From contig OZ024747.1 of NCBI GenBank assembly GCA_964016885.1, positions 22,382,001 through 22,446,000 of the forward strand: DNA of 64,000 nucleotides, read 5' to 3'. The notes under the pieces are model-generated. The model made no database searches, was not told where the DNA came from, and saw nothing but the letters and a program-made list of their open reading frames with translations. Shown here one piece after another: positions 1 through 14,396 of the stretch. Positions within the stretch are counted from its first letter, which is position 1. Every line of letters begins with the position of its first letter. The position numbers were made by a program, and so were the translations under genes. This DNA comes from Eledone cirrhosa (taxonomy: Eukaryota).

Positions 1-110
1 AAAATCTAGTTCAATGGCTGAACGATACCGAAGGTACATTGCTGAATCAAAACCTCATGGCTATACCTGAAAATTTGGATGCGATCAATGAACTCATACA
101 AAAACACCAG
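1..110 (+). CDS. Spectraplakin (MACF1/dystonin/Shot family) exon, 5'-truncated by the window; spectrin repeat
   Basis: Frame from pos 3 reads NLVQWLNDTEGTLLNQNLMAIPENLDAINELIQKHQ (spectrin-repeat W motif). GT donor at 111, phase 0, joins the 916 exon in frame. Confidence 0.9.
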
Positions 111-677
111 GTGCTTATATATTTTTTTTCTATTTCTATTTTTACTGTCTTTTTACCTTTTTTAATTTTGTGCTCTGTTTTCGCTGTTGTAATTAACTTA
201 TGATGACAACAAACAATAAACCTTTTAACTCTTTCATTACTCTATTTTTAATAAAATAATCAAGAATTTGGATAGATTTAATAAAATAATCAAGAATTTG
301 GATAGATTTAATGAAATTTCTCATTATTAAGATGTTCGGAAGATAACTTATAAAAGTTTCGTACATGAAATTATAATTATATTTAGATAAATATCAGCAC
401 TTCAAAATATACACCTCAGTATTGTAGAACCAAGGGCGGTTTCTGGCAGTATTAACAGTGTTAAAGTTAGATTTAGCTATGTGGGTCCTTTTTGAGGCAA
501 GGTTTTACAGCCAGATGTCCTTCCTGATGCCAATCTCTTTAGTCACCTCTTACAACACACAGGAATACAGTATACCTGTTCTGAACCAGATATACACATG
601 TTATCATAAACGAAGCAATAAATTTTTAAAATATTATTTTCTTTTTAATTAGTGAATATAATGTATTTTTGTTTTAA

Positions 678-843
678 CCCTTTAGCATTTAAACCGACCA
701 TATCCGACCAGAATTCTCTCACCTCTCAATGTTAAGCTATTGTTCTCAAAATAAATAATATCAAAATCTCATAGATTTGATATTATAAAGCCTTTACCAC
801 AAAAATACAATAGTATATATAGAGTAATGTAAATGATAAAGGG
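678..843. mobile_element. piggyBac-like MITE (TTAA TSD)
   Basis: TTAA|CCCTTTAGCATTTA...TAAATGATAAAGGG|TTAA. Confidence 0.8.
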
Positions 844-915
844 TTAATCTTGCTTTTCACACTTACTTTTTCTTCCCAATCACTTATTCTCTCTCCTTGC
901 TTTATTGTGTTACAG

Positions 916-1058
916 GATCTACAAGGTGAAATTTCATCAAAACAGCCTGAAATTGATAAACTTACAAAAACTGAAAAGAGGCGATTATCAACCACAACAC
1001 CAGATTCTTCTCACATACCCATATTCAGAAAAACTAGAAAGTCTATTAGCAACATAAG
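916..1058 (+). CDS. Spectraplakin exon (spectrin repeat/linker, SHIP motif)
   Basis: tacag|GAT...ATAAG|gtaat. Reads DLQGEISSKQPEIDKLTKTEKRRLSTTTPDSSHIPIFRKTRKSISNI; ends phase 2. Confidence 0.9.
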
Positions 1059-1555
1059 GTAATCTCATCTATTTCTTTTTGGGGGATTTATTTGATTGAC
1101 ATTGTTGTTGATTTTAATCCCGGGTTAGCCCTGACCAAGCAGACCTATGATCGAAAGTCTTTTATCTATGATCAAAACTTTTTTTTAGCCCATTTATGTC
1201 TTATTGGTGCCATGACAAAAATCACTCAGTCCACCATATAAGGTAGTAGTGCTGGTAACATGAAGAAAGGTTCCAGTAAATGCTGTAAAGTGGTTGACAT
1301 TAGGAAGGCATACAAACATAGAAAAAGCTAAAAATGGAACCTTTGAGCAAGAAATGGTTATCTGATCTCTCCAGCCTCAGAATGTAACAACCTGTTTAAC
1401 CCATGCAAGCATGGAAAATAAGCATTGAATGGTGATGATATTAAAGATTTCATTTCAAATATATACAACACAATCTATCAATCTTTTGTAAGAAATCAGA
1501 AACTTTCTGTTAAAAATTATGAAATCCCTAAATGTTGTCTTTTGTTTGTATTTAG

Positions 1556-1860
1556 CCGAGATTCAGGCCGCCGTACACCAGAACCTCAATTTAAAAACCC
1601 ACGAGTTGGGGCTCTGTTTAACAAATGGCAGCAAGTTTGGCTTTTGGCTATGGACCGACAAAGGAAACTACAAGATGCCCGAGAATATATGAATGAAGTT
1701 GAGAAAATGAAAAACTTTGACTTTGATGATTGGCGGAAACGATACTTACAGTGGATGCATCACAATAAGTCAAGAATCATGGACTTCTTCAGACGTCAAG
1801 ACAAAGATCATGATGGAAAAGTTACACGAAAGGAATTTATTGATGGAATAATATCTTCAA
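1556..1860 (+). CDS. Spectraplakin exon (end of last spectrin repeat plus EF-hand 1)
   Basis: tttag|C...TCAA|gtgagt. Reads [26 protein letters not shown]...[45 protein letters not shown], the characteristic MACF1/DST/Shot sequence. Confidence 0.97.
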
Positions 1861-2948
1861 GTGAGTTTCATATATATTTGTTAATGATTGAGTACTCCTC
1901 CTCCATTAACACACAGTTTCCCTCTTTCACATTCAAATCACACTCTCCTTTTTCAACTCTTGGTCATCACCCTCTCAATCACATTTGTCTCAAAAGAATC
2001 GAGACTGCATTAAGTGGAGAGATCCCTTTAGCTTTGCAGTAGACAAAGCAATGTCCCTAGCTAAGCAACCTTTCTAGGATGCCATGTTAAAATGTACACT
2101 CTGTAAATTTGTTGACGATCAAATAGAGATAACATCAGGTAGAGAAGACTCTTTAGTTATGTCAAGAACTTAGCAACCTCTCTTATACTTGTACCATGAT
2201 AAAATAGACTCAGTAGCTTCTAAAGTGGTTATTGTTAGGAAGGGCATCCAGGTATGGAAACCATGTTAAAATTGTAACATACAAACAAGACATGGTCTTA
2301 TGACACATCTAGAAGGACTATAACTCTGAATAGAAACTAACTCAGATGATAACAATCTGTTCAACCCATGCCAGCATCATGATGTTGATAATGATGATTG
2401 ATTGATTAATTGATTGATTGATTTTGACTTCTCAGTGGACATTTTAGACAGTAATGAGAGTAAAACGTTTGGTTTGAATCTAAGTAAACTAAGGCTTAGT
2501 TTAGTTGGAATCAACTTGTGACAGTCAGCAAGTAACTGGTATTCTGTGAGAGAAACGATTAATATTAAAGTCTATCTACGAATGAGAAAATTTCTAATTC
2601 TAGTTGTTTAAATCCCCGGTATATTCTTAAGTTATATGGAATCTAATAGAAAATTAATGGATATTTATATTTGTTAGAGACTAGATGACAGCATTAAGTC
2701 AACTTTCATATGAATCCCTGTTTAGTTTTTTTTTATTTTCTCCATGTTATGGACCTCCTTGGGCACAACATTTTATAGTCAATTATTTTTATATATCTCT
2801 CTTAACCAAATTCAGTCATGACATTACTTCTACAATTGGAAGTACAAAAAAAAAGAAAAAAATTTTCTTTCAGTTTTCATTTTGAAATTCAGCTTCATAC
2901 AGTTGTTCTGTTTGATATAATATTCATACTATATTTATATATTATTAG

Positions 2949-3061
2949 AATTCCCAACTACAAAACTAGAAATGGAAGCTGTAGCAAATATATTTGATAG
3001 AGATGAAGATGGTTACATAAACTACAATGAATTTGTAGCAGCCCTGAGACCCGATAGAGAT
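2949..3061 (+). CDS. Spectraplakin exon (EF-hand 2)
   Basis: ttag|AA TTC...GAT|gtaagt. Reads [38 protein letters not shown]. Confidence 0.96.
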
Positions 3062-3552
3062 GTAAGTATATCTCTCTACACTGTTGGATTTTCTTTTGTC
3101 TAAATATATTGATTTCCTAAATATATTGATTTCTCTTGACCAGAAATAAGACTAATTTTAGTAGAGTTAATTGAATTGAACTAAGATTGTTGCTGATGAA
3201 TATTTTACCAATCTCATTATATTGAAATAATTTACTAATAGATGAATCATAGTGAAAAGGAGAGCAAATATTCTGCCTATAGTTTGTTTACTAGATAATA
3301 GTAGTTGAATCACTACCCCCTTATGGACAACTGACGCTGCACACCAGGTCCGAACACAGAAGAGCTGAACTCCCACTGTCATCACCTCTATCTCTCTCAC
3401 CCTCCCCATCTCTCTCTATTGTGAGATCAAATTTTGCCATGGTTAACTTTGCTTTTTATTCTTACAGGGTCGATAAAATAAAGCACCAGTAATGCACTGG
3501 GGTAATGTGCCAAAAGTAGAAACAATTATAAGAACTTGATCTATTTTTACAG

Positions 3553-3669
3553 ACTGGTAAACCTGCAACAGATTCGGAGAGGATTCAAGATGAAGTGAGC
3601 AAACAAGTAAATAGATGTACATGTGTTACTCAATTTAGAATCCATAAAATCGGTGAAGGAAAGTATAGA
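3553..3669 (+). CDS. Spectraplakin exon (GAS2/GAR domain, N-terminal half)
   Basis: tacag|ACT...AGA|gtaagt. Reads TGKPATDSERIQDEVSKQVNRCTCVTQFRIHKIGEGKYR with the CxC zinc ligands. Confidence 0.96.
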
Positions 3670-4167
3670 GTAAGTAATATTATTTTATTCTTAATAACTC
3701 CCCACCCCATAGAATAGAGAGACCTTTACATTTGAGTCAATAACCAGCAACCTCTTTTGTGCTAGTATACTACAATATACTCTGTTGGAATGCATGTGAG
3801 AAAGTCCTTTTGGGAGGTCAGTTGCTCCACTTGAGTACTGACTCAATCTATGAAGACCCATCCAACCTATACCAGCAGAGAAGAGAGAAGTTTAATGATG
3901 ATGATATGAAACTCTTTTACAATTCATCTTTGTCTGTTCTTAACCCATTTGTGACTATTTATATTTATTTAAAATCCTTCGATCATAATTTTATGCAAGA
4001 ACTTTTAAGTTGTATTCCAAAGTTGTATTCCATCTTGATAATGAGAAAATTAGTTATATTATTCAATCCCTTCAAATTCTTCATAATTTTCAAAATCAAT
4101 TGAAACATAGTGTTTTTTTTTGTTTTTTTTTGTTTTTTTTTTAGAAATAAGGTTATGAAATGGTTAA

Positions 4168-4389
4168 CCCTTTAGCATTTACATTACTCTATATTTTCTA
4201 TTGTATTTTCATTGGTAAAAGCTTTACCTCCCATAAATATTTCACATAATATTGAATCTATGAGATTTTGATATTATTTATATGGAGAACAATACCTTCA
4301 CATCAGTATGAGTGGTCGGTTTTGGCCGGTTTGAACAGAAAGAAGTGAGAAAATTCTGGCCAGATACTGCCGGCTTAAATGCTAAAGGG
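4168..4389. mobile_element. piggyBac-like MITE, same family
   Basis: TTAA|CCCTTTAGCATTTA...TAAATGCTAAAGGG|TTAA. Confidence 0.85.
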
Positions 4390-4490
4390 TTAAACCCAAT
4401 ATTTACTTTAGACTGATTAATCTTAATTCCTTATTAGCTAATTACATTTAGCTAATTTTTTAAATTATCTATTTCCTTCTTTTTCTCCAG

Positions 4491-4608
4491 TTTGGTGATT
4501 CACAAAAATTACGTCTCGTCCGGATCCTACGCAGTACCGTAATGGTCCGCGTTGGTGGAGGCTGGGTCGCATTAGATGAATTCCTAGTTAAAAACGATCC
4601 TTGCCGAG
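4491..4608 (+). CDS. Spectraplakin exon (GAS2/GAR domain, C-terminal half)
   Basis: ctccag|TTT...CGAG|gtaaag. Reads [39 protein letters not shown]; ends phase 1. Confidence 0.98.
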
Positions 4609-7600
4609 GTAAAGTATATTTAATGGATTTTCTTCTAAAGCGATTTACCTAAATTTTTAAATTTTCTATAAATGCTTTCTTTATTATATATAAAATATCC
4701 ATTTAAAATTACTCTTTATACATACGCATTTTTTTAATATAATTTCTTTGAAATTATCTTTAAAAATATTAATTGCAGACTTTTTTTTATCTTCAGTTGG
4801 AATTATTATTTTTTTTTTTTTTATTTAAAGTTTATCTTTTATTTTAAATAATTGTTGCTTCTTTGGTCAGCTGATATCATTTTGGTGATAAATTGTTTGC
4901 TCTGTCAATTAAATTCCATTTTTGTTTCAGAGCTGTAATAATATTATAGCAACCACTGTTTGGAAGTCATGTTGTCATTTCTAATTTGTATTCATTTCTC
5001 ATTGTTGAAGAACTTACAACTTCATCTAACTCATTCTTCTGATTAACTCACTCAACCTGCTCACAACCGTTCATCTTTTGTAAACCTTCACAAAAATCAT
5101 TAAATATTCTTTACTTAATACTTTTAAATAAGACACTACATTTATCATCACCATTACTATCATCATCATCATCATTGTTTATGTCAATTAATTGTCTCCT
5201 TTTTTTTTTAAATTCCTTACACCTAAATACTATTCAAAATTTCAGCTCTAAAAAGAGATATTGCTGAATATTAATAATATTATTCAAGACTGCCTTCAGG
5301 TCGTTCATTGTCCCTATGCTTCATACTGACTCCTATTTCTATATGAACATTGATCATATTCGCTTCAACTGATCTTATTTTTAATCAGTTCTTCTGATTT
5401 CTTTCATTTTTACCCTAAAATTAGTTTCAGAAATTCTATATGATGCTGCCTTTCTATCACACAGAATCTTTGACATGTCTAACACTTTCACCATTATCAT
5501 TTCAATCACTCAATCACAAAAATACCTTCCACCTTTTTTTTCATGTGCCTCGGAGTTCAATCCTGCCATTTTAGTCATCACATCACATCTGTGATCTTTT
5601 ACCAAATTATTGAATCATAAATCCAGCTCATATCTTGTACAGAGCAGAAACAAGCTACTATCTTAATGCTATTTACCCAGTGGTCATTATTATCATAGTG
5701 ACAAGGGCAGTGAATTGGTAGTATCAATAGAACATCAGACAAAATGCTTTACGGTATTTAGTTATGACTTTCTATATACTGAGTTCAAATCTTGTCGAGA
5801 TTAACTTTGCCTTTCATCCTTCTGGGGTAGATAAAATAAAACTCAAATTAAGTACTAGGGTAGATTTAATCAGTTCTCCCCTTCCCCTAAATTGCAGCCT
5901 TTGTACCAATATTAGAAAGAATGATCACCCTAGTGAGATGTTTTCAAAACAACTACTTCTATGACATAAGGATTTCTTTGGCAAATTTCTCTACTTTGAA
6001 CTTTTCAACCAACATGTTTCCATGTTATTTTATAGACTGCTCTTCAGAATCTCTATTCCTGCAATTACCCTTCATCTATATTGCATGTATTACTCTTTAG
6101 TTTCAATTTATAGTATCATGTTATCATGTTCTTATCTCTACACTGTTCTTTATGGGTTGGCTTTGTCTCTCTTTCTTTACTCCTTTATTGCTTCAAGTAG
6201 TTTTGACATTTTGCCATCTAATTAAAGATTTTCCATATGCTAAATGGAAAATTTAGTAAACTTTTGGTGATATAGCAACAGTTGTTATTGTCAGCATCAT
6301 TGTTGAAGTTGAGAGATTACTGATATGCAAATGATGAGTAAAAGAGGAAATAGAAGTTTGTAGAAACATACAAAGCTCTCAGTTGTCAATTTATATCAGT
6401 TTTACCATTCCATTAGTTGGCAGGTCCTAATAAGAACTCAAACATTTGGTCTTGTTACTTTTTTTGTATTTTGAGATTTGTATAGGGATTGTCATAGTTG
6501 CTTGAAGTAATACTAGCTTTATTTGTTTTTATGCAACATCATGAAGACTAGGGTGTTGCCTTTGCTGCTAGGTCCCCTAGAAAAGGGTATTTTAAGAGAT
6601 TATAGAATTATGTTCTTTGAAAAACTATCAATAACTTTCTTGTTGTAAATCAACTTTTATTTACATTTCTCATCATGTCAATGTGAGAATGTAACTAAAC
6701 TTGATCTCAAATTAGATTTCAATTGAATAACTAAAAACAATTCACTAGATGTCTAATATGTGGAATTGCTGAATATTGTTGCAAATTGTTTATTACTCAT
6801 TATTAAGGTGTGACAGACAAATGATGCTCTGGTAAGTTCTAAGCTAATAGAATTCAAAACTCAATCGAAACAGCTTCACTTACTCTACTAATACCTTTGG
6901 TTGGGAAGGTACTAAAACCATCTCTTCTCATTTTCTTGTATTCTTAATTTAAAAGTTTCTTTATCAAGAAATCATTTCACTTTATTTTTCTTATGATTAA
7001 ATGACATTTCCCATTTCCTAATAATGTTTCATATTTTCTTTAGTCATAATATGGAGGCTATTTAATATCATTTGATATTCTTTCTTTCTTATTACTAATG
7101 AAATCAAGTCTTTGCTGTTGACTTTAAGTCCTAAATAGTAATCCTGTAATATATATATTGTTAGGCAAATAAACTATTTGCATCGTGAGCACTTTATTTT
7201 GGTTTGCCCCACACTCATACACTGTTTGATTGCAGTTCTCAACACTCTTTATCCACAATTGATTTGTTTTTTTTAAATGGTTGCCTCACTGTTTGATCAC
7301 ACACAATTTAAACAATTGGATGTAATTTGGATCCTTTGGGCTGAAAGTTGTGCTTGTCCATTTCATTCATATTGATTCTTATTCTTTGTTCACATTGATT
7401 ATATTAAATATAACAACCCCCCCCCCCCCATACAGTACTTGTATTAAAGGCAGGTCTCATACATTGTCACTTGATTTATTTCAGTAAGATAGTCTGATGT
7501 CTTTGCTTAACATATTCATACGTTAAGAAATTTTAAACATTAATTTACACACACACTTTTAACAGTTATAATAATTCCCTATATTTATTATTCAAATCCT

Positions 7601-10281
7601 GATAGTTATTTTATTTACAATTTAATAACACATCTTCCTGATTAAATTCTGAGACTTTTACCCTTGCTACATATATCAATATATCCACTTTGCCTTTCAT
7701 TACTTCAAGGGTCGGATGCCATGCTTTGACGCATATAGTTACGGCCCTTGTCATTCTGAGTTCAAATCCCGCCGAGGTTAACTTTGCCTTTCATCCTTAC
7801 GGGCTCGATAAAATAAAGTACCAGTAATACACTGGGTAATTGCTGGCCTTGTGTCAAAAGTAGAAACAATTATTTCAAGATTGATAAAAATAGTACCAGT
7901 CCAGTACTGGTGTCAATTCTTCCTCTATATGTCTTTCTCATTTCATCTCTATCACTCTCTCTCCTTCTCTAGAAGAAATGGGCTATGTTCTTATTTGGAG
8001 AGCGATGGGCTTTACTAGGTTTAAAATACTCAAGAACGCTGTATGTCTTATGACTCCACTGGGAGTTACATGTCCATACATATATCAATGTATAATTTGA
8101 GGACACAATAACCAAGATGTCAATTATCCTCTCAATTCTGTTCATAATTTGGGAGCGGGGGTTATAATCTGACAAAAACACTGTACCCTGTTCTTTGGCA
8201 AAACACTTAACTATATTTGTTTCCAGCTTAGTAATAGAACCCCAAACCAAATTGCTACATTTATAAATGGCAAATATTTAGAAAGTTGTCACTTGATGTT
8301 GTCAATATATTTTTATATATATTTTTAACACAAACATAGATACATGGCTATACATTGAATATACACAGAGAAACTATCTGGCTTCAATGTTTACAGTTTC
8401 TTTTACTCCAGTTATTTTAGTTGGAGTATGCATATATTCAATATCATCATTACTATTTTCATTTTTACATGTGTGTGAAAATCAGGACATAAGTTTACTG
8501 TGATGAAAACTTAATAAAAAAAACTGTTGCTAGCCACCTATATATTATTAATATCATTTTCATGTCACCCTTTAAAATATTTCACCTATTCAAAATTGAA
8601 AATTTGAATTATGATCATGACCTATACACACTGACTATAAAAGCCTCAGCCACCACATGAACTAACAAGGGAACCTCATAGCCACATGAGTGAACAACAG
8701 ATCCTCATGGCCTATGAATACCAATCATTGAAACCTCATTGCTACCACATGAGACAAGGAACCCTTTATGCAGCCATTTGATGTTTTAGCAATAACAGCC
8801 AAATCTCATACTTAAAATGGAAATGACAAATTAGATGCATAATGATTGAAAAAAAGATGAGATAGCTATGACTGGAAAACCTTTCATAATAGCTCTTTTC
8901 TCTCTGGACTGATTAAATACAGTCATGTAAATTCAGAAACATTTATTATTACTAAGACTCACAAAAGACATTCATGTAAATGTGCAAATAACTATTATTA
9001 CCAAGACTCACAAAAGACTAAATATTATCTCTATCATTTTCATCAGCATAGTCATTATCATCGTCACCATCATATCATTTATTTCATCTAATGCTTCTAA
9101 AAGAAATACTATGGTGCTCTCATTCTACAGAATATATCACCTTTATAATCCTGTTGGATTCCTCACTGTATACCTAAGATGTGCTTCCTGAAGTAACCAG
9201 TGTACACTTCAGAATCTGAACCATGCTTTGGCATAAATTATTGTTCTCCTAGTTTAGGCCATTGCTTTGCTACATGTCATTTGATGTTGTATCAGGTTTT
9301 GTTGCTATTGCTTCTAGTGGTGGGATGGGTGAGAGGTACAGATTTGTTGGGTTTATTTATTTTTTTTTTTGCTGCTGTTCCAATTATTTTAGCTTCCTTT
9401 TCCCTAGCAACAGCTTATATAATTAAATAATCACTTGACCCCCATCAAAATTAAATATGTTGATCCTTACAAAATTAAAATTGGTCATAATTTATAAAAG
9501 TAATATAGCTATGATAAAATTCATATTTTTTTAAAATTATTATTTCCCAGATTAACTGAAGTCGTTAACTCTAAATTTTAGTGAAATGAATAAAATAGGG
9601 AATTTATAAGAGGGTATTGTAGTTTGCTTGAAGCATTGCATAAAAGTGTACAAAATAGTGTGTTTTATTAGGGAGCTATAGCAATTTCAATGGGACATTG
9701 AATGTTAAAAATATAACGATCATATTTTTAACACTTAATGTCCTGTAGCCTTCTAATAAAACACTATTTTCTAAGGGAATTTATATTTTGCCGATATATA
9801 AATCTATATCAAAATGCATTGTTAGAATGTTCAGAAATGCTTCTTACAAGAAGGTACAATTGATTAATTGGTCAAAAAATTCATCAGAATACTTTGTAAT
9901 ACTAAACATTTCTCCTGGCTCTGGTCTACATTGATCTATATTCTTTTACTGAAATCAGTCATTGAACTGTAACCATACTGAATCACTGCTTTCAATGGGT
10001 TTGAAAATATCAACCCCAGTATTTATTTCAGTTTACTACTTATATTATCAATCTATATTTATGAAATTACTATGAAGCTTTTTAACACTAAACCAGTGCT
10101 ACACTGGTAAACATAAACACACAGATATTTTGAGTAAATGCATTCAATGTTCAGAGAGTGGAATTGACCCTGGACAAAACCTTCCCCCACTTTAAAAAAG
10201 TTCAAGCACAGGCATTGCTTGACACACACACACACGCACACACGCACACACACGCACGCACACACACACACACACACGCAC

Positions 10282-10318
<37 letters not shown>

Positions 10319-11470
10319 TCCAAGAATGCAGGAACAACATCCCTCATCAATAGTCAGTACATGTAGTGGCAGGTTACCTTTGCATAGAAGTGACTGATGG
10401 TTAGGATGGAATGATGATAATCCTACCCAATTTGGATAGTCAACACACTTGCCAAGAGGTTTCTTTCTCTCACCCATGTCGCTCTGGTCAGAGAAAAGTA
10501 AAATGTTAGGATAAGATGATAATTTTAGCCAAGACTGACTTTAGCAACCTTGGTTGTTTCTCACACTTATTAAGAGATTTCGTTTTTTGGCGGGGTCAGT
10601 TTTCCCTGGGTGAGAGAGACAACCAAATGCAGGGATTGCCAAGAGAGTTGGCAATGCTTGACTCAAAAGTCTTAATAAAGTTCTACTGCATTTATAGGTT
10701 TGATGGATGGTTGTTAAGTCCATCTGCCCTCATGTCCTCACCTGATGTCCATCCACCCTCCACTCCTCATGGTGAAACCCTAGAGTTATGTTGGCAATAT
10801 AGAGACCAATAGCCCAACCTTAAAACAACAGTACTGGTTTATATAATTACCAATAGCAAACCATCTCATCTGACCTGAGTATAGTACATAGTACTCTGAT
10901 GTTTAGAATAGGTGCGCTGTACCCCTGCATGTCATGAGAGGCAACTTAAAGAGTTAATGACAGGAAGGTCAACAGGCTGTAGAACATTGTTTCAAAATGT
11001 CCTGTCCAACCTATGATTGTGTGTGTATGTGCACTTATATATCTGTGGGGAGTGTTGTACACCTAGTGACGATGGTCAATTTATTGAAAATATGAAGTTT
11101 ACCCAATGTTATAATTATAATGAGAAATTTACTCTTCTGTCTGATGTTATGAAATATTGTAGCAGTTGTTCTGAGATAGTACTGCACAGCTCTACAGATA
11201 GTTGCATCCTGATATGGCACTGTGTATGGTTAGATAGTGAGAATATGAGAAACTAAGGACCAAAAGTTTATGACATCTCACCAGGACACATTCTGTGTCC
11301 ATTAGTTTATATGTTTAAAGTTGTTGAAAATTAATTAAAACTGATTCATAAATTGTTTTCAGTCAGAAATACTTATGCCAGAGTAGTAGGTACAGCATGG
11401 TAGCACAGATACATTCTGTGACAGTAACCACCATATGCCACTGCTATTATACATGTATACATTATATACG

Positions 11471-11750
11471 TGGAGGCACGTGGCTTAGTGGTAAGGGTAT
11501 TGGACTTGCGATCATTATGGTGTGGGTTTCATTCCTGGGTTGTGTGTTGTGTTCTTGAGCAAAAAACACTTCATTTCACGTTGCTCCAGTATACTCAGCT
11601 GAAAATGAGTACCAGCAATAGCTGGGGGTTTAACCCTGTGATGGACTGGCATCTTGTCCAGGGGGGAAGTCTTGTACTCTCAGTTGTTTCATCCATGAAA
11701 CCAAAATAAGCACCGGCCAAATGAACCTTCTGGCTTAAGACAGACTTTAG
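11471..11750 (+). mobile_element. tRNA-derived SINE with CORE-like central region
   Basis: gtggcttagtgg A-box, gtgttcttgagcaa..acacttcatttcacgttgctcc core, aaccctgtgatggactggcatc tail; ends at (TA)n. Confidence 0.7.
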
Positions 11751-11773
11751 ACTTTTTTTAGACATTATATACT

Positions 11774-11832
<59 letters not shown>

Positions 11833-11865
11833 TGGTATATATATATATATATATATATATATACT

Positions 11866-11900
<35 letters not shown>

Positions 11901-13914
11901 TGGTATATATATATTCATTCTCATGGAAAGTATTCTATAACTGAACATATTCCCCTGATAAGCTTTAGATACCGTAAGAATCTCCACTTCATTTTCTGAA
12001 TGATTTATTCATCTTCTAAAACAGTACATAACTAACAAATCTGTTCATTCAGTTAAACACCATCTCCACTTGGTCCTTTGGTGTCTTTAGTGGACTTCAT
12101 CCTGGTGTAAGCATTTGGGCTAGATCTCCAGCTTGAAGGTAACCTACTCCCTTCCACCAACCAGCCTCAGAGAGCCTGAAAAAAATAAAGGGTTTTATTT
12201 GCTGCCCTTTCTCCTCTTATTGGGGGATTAAAAGAAATATAATCTCAGTTAATCAAATATTTTCAATTCACTATATTACATATGCGAGGATCTACCATAT
12301 TTGTATATATGAATATTTGTGTGTGGTATGAATGCTTCTCACTTATCACTGAATTTAAAATTTTGCTAAAACTATCTCCATTTCCTCTAATACAGATTTA
12401 ATAGTTTGAAGTTCTTTTTTATCATCGTAAAATAAATTTCTATTTTTTGTTTTGTTTCTTATTTATTTTTATTTATTTTTTTTTTTTGCCAAATATTTTC
12501 CCCAAGTACTGTCGTCATCTTGCCCACAATTTCATTGTGCTATTTAACCAATGAACACCTTGAGTGTTAGATAATTCAACCCCCTATGAGATAACTGAAG
12601 CTATTCTGATGACTATAAAGCACATATCTGATGAAACCTCATGAAATTGCTGTTAATGAGAGTCAAATATTAGCCAAGGCAGGACATTAGTGCAGGGAAA
12701 AAAAAAAACAAAGTTGTAATGTCTTGGAACTACACTAGCCAAAATTGCTCCTGACACCTGCTCATCTTTACAATAACTTTGTCATAACAAACTTTCTTCT
12801 CCCAGAATACTGTTTGGCAGTAAGCTGCTACAACACGGCCAAGATAAGTATGAAGAACCAGACTCTGAAGAACATCTTTTGCAGTAGGTTCAGTTCCTTG
12901 TCAATATTTTGATGATTTCTCAATAGAGTCCTGCTTGATGGCTTCATTTGTGCGACGTATGTGAAACAATTCAACCGGCTTATGATTTCCACAAGGCTAA
13001 AATGAAAAGAAAAAGATTATTTATATATATATAAACACACATCTATATTCTGTGAAATCAAAAGCTTACCCACAAATTTTTCTTTTTTCTTTTTTCTTTT
13101 TTTTTCTTTTTTTTTTTGCCAAAATTGTGAAATGTTCACAATTGCTTTAACTTTGTTTATACAGCTTGCCCACTTCCATACATGAAGCAGTGTTATCCAG
13201 CTCGCTGCAAACTTGCTAGAGTTTACTACCGCGCTAAGTGGGAACACACCACTTGTGTGGTTTTGTTCAGTGACTTTTCCCTCCACTCATGGTAATCTTT
13301 TCTATTGTCCAAGCTAAACTGTCAACGTCAGTGTATTTTCAATAGCACCTGTCGGCAACTATTCCACAATAATGTTCAGTTGTGCTCTTATTTTCTGTTG
13401 CTGCTACTACTGCTGCTTCTTCAGGACGTCTTTCCGTTATTTACAATTCTTGTCTGCTGTTAGCTAAATAATATTTACACTGAGAACTTACTGAAGAATA
13501 CAGCTTGGAAGCTATTAAAGAATAATCAGTCTAGTTTAATGTTTAGAGGAGTTTTGTATTGGTCACATTGTGTATAGTTAGTCCCCCACTTCTCTACACT
13601 ATTGGATTTAGTGGTTATTATAAAACTTCTGTGTCCTACATAGGCTGGCATGAAAAATAAAGACACAAAAGGAAATTGCATGAGTTTATCTTTCTGTTTT
13701 TATATTTAAGAGAAACATGAAGGTTAAAGTCATTATCCTATATATCAAATTCAAAATTTCCTGTAGCACATTATTTGACAGTTGTTATACTAAACAATAA
13801 GTTATCCTCTTGCAAATGAGCTGCATGTCTAAGAATTGCTAAGTGAGCATTCAACTCTAAAACACACATACAATATGATTCAATGGACCTTCGTTGGTTT
13901 TGACAATTAGTGCT

Positions 13915-14215
13915 CCAGTTGTCCAATCAACGTGACAGCCTACTCATGAAATTAACAAGAGGCTGAGTATTCCACAGACACTTGTACCATAACATAATTC
14001 TCCGGGAGATTCAGTGTAACAAACTGTGTGCCAAGGCTGGCCCTTTGAATTACAGGTACAGTCCATCCAACAGTTTCTATCTACCCAGTTTCACTCATAA
14101 GTTAGGTGATCTGAGATTATGGTAAATAACATTTGTTCAAGATGCTATGCAGTGGAATCGAACCCAAGATTTAATGATTGTAAAGTGAACTCCTTAACCA
14201 TTCAGCCATCCTGCA
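13915..14215 (-). mobile_element. tRNA-derived SINE (degenerate)
   Basis: Minus strand has a ggctgaatggttaagga A-box, gggttcgattcc B-box and tcttgaacaaatg core. Confidence 0.6.
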
Positions 14216-14396
14216 TCTACGCATCTAGTTGTTAACATTTATAATTTTGTCTACAATAATAGAAAACTCTTCATATAAAATTTCATTATATAACTTTAAC
14301 TTTTTAATGTTCCATGCATGGAACATTCTTGATAATTGATCTCTCTAACTCAGAGTTAAACTTAAACAAGGACTACACACCAACAAACTGACTTAA

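Noticed and set aside
248-310. 30-bp tandem duplication
   Set aside because: Ordinary slippage inside a decayed MITE.
1425-2042. 205-aa ORF as a standalone gene
   Set aside because: Only 1556-1860 is exon; the flanks are intron read-through.
10059-10477. HT/CV-repeat ORFs
   Set aside because: (CA)n microsatellite artefact.
12507-12644. Short phase-1 frames after cccaag or gttag acceptors
   Set aside because: Very short, stop quickly, no independent support.
12620-12665. CTGATGA...GAAA hammerhead-like string
   Set aside because: No stem II or stem I pairing and no UH site.
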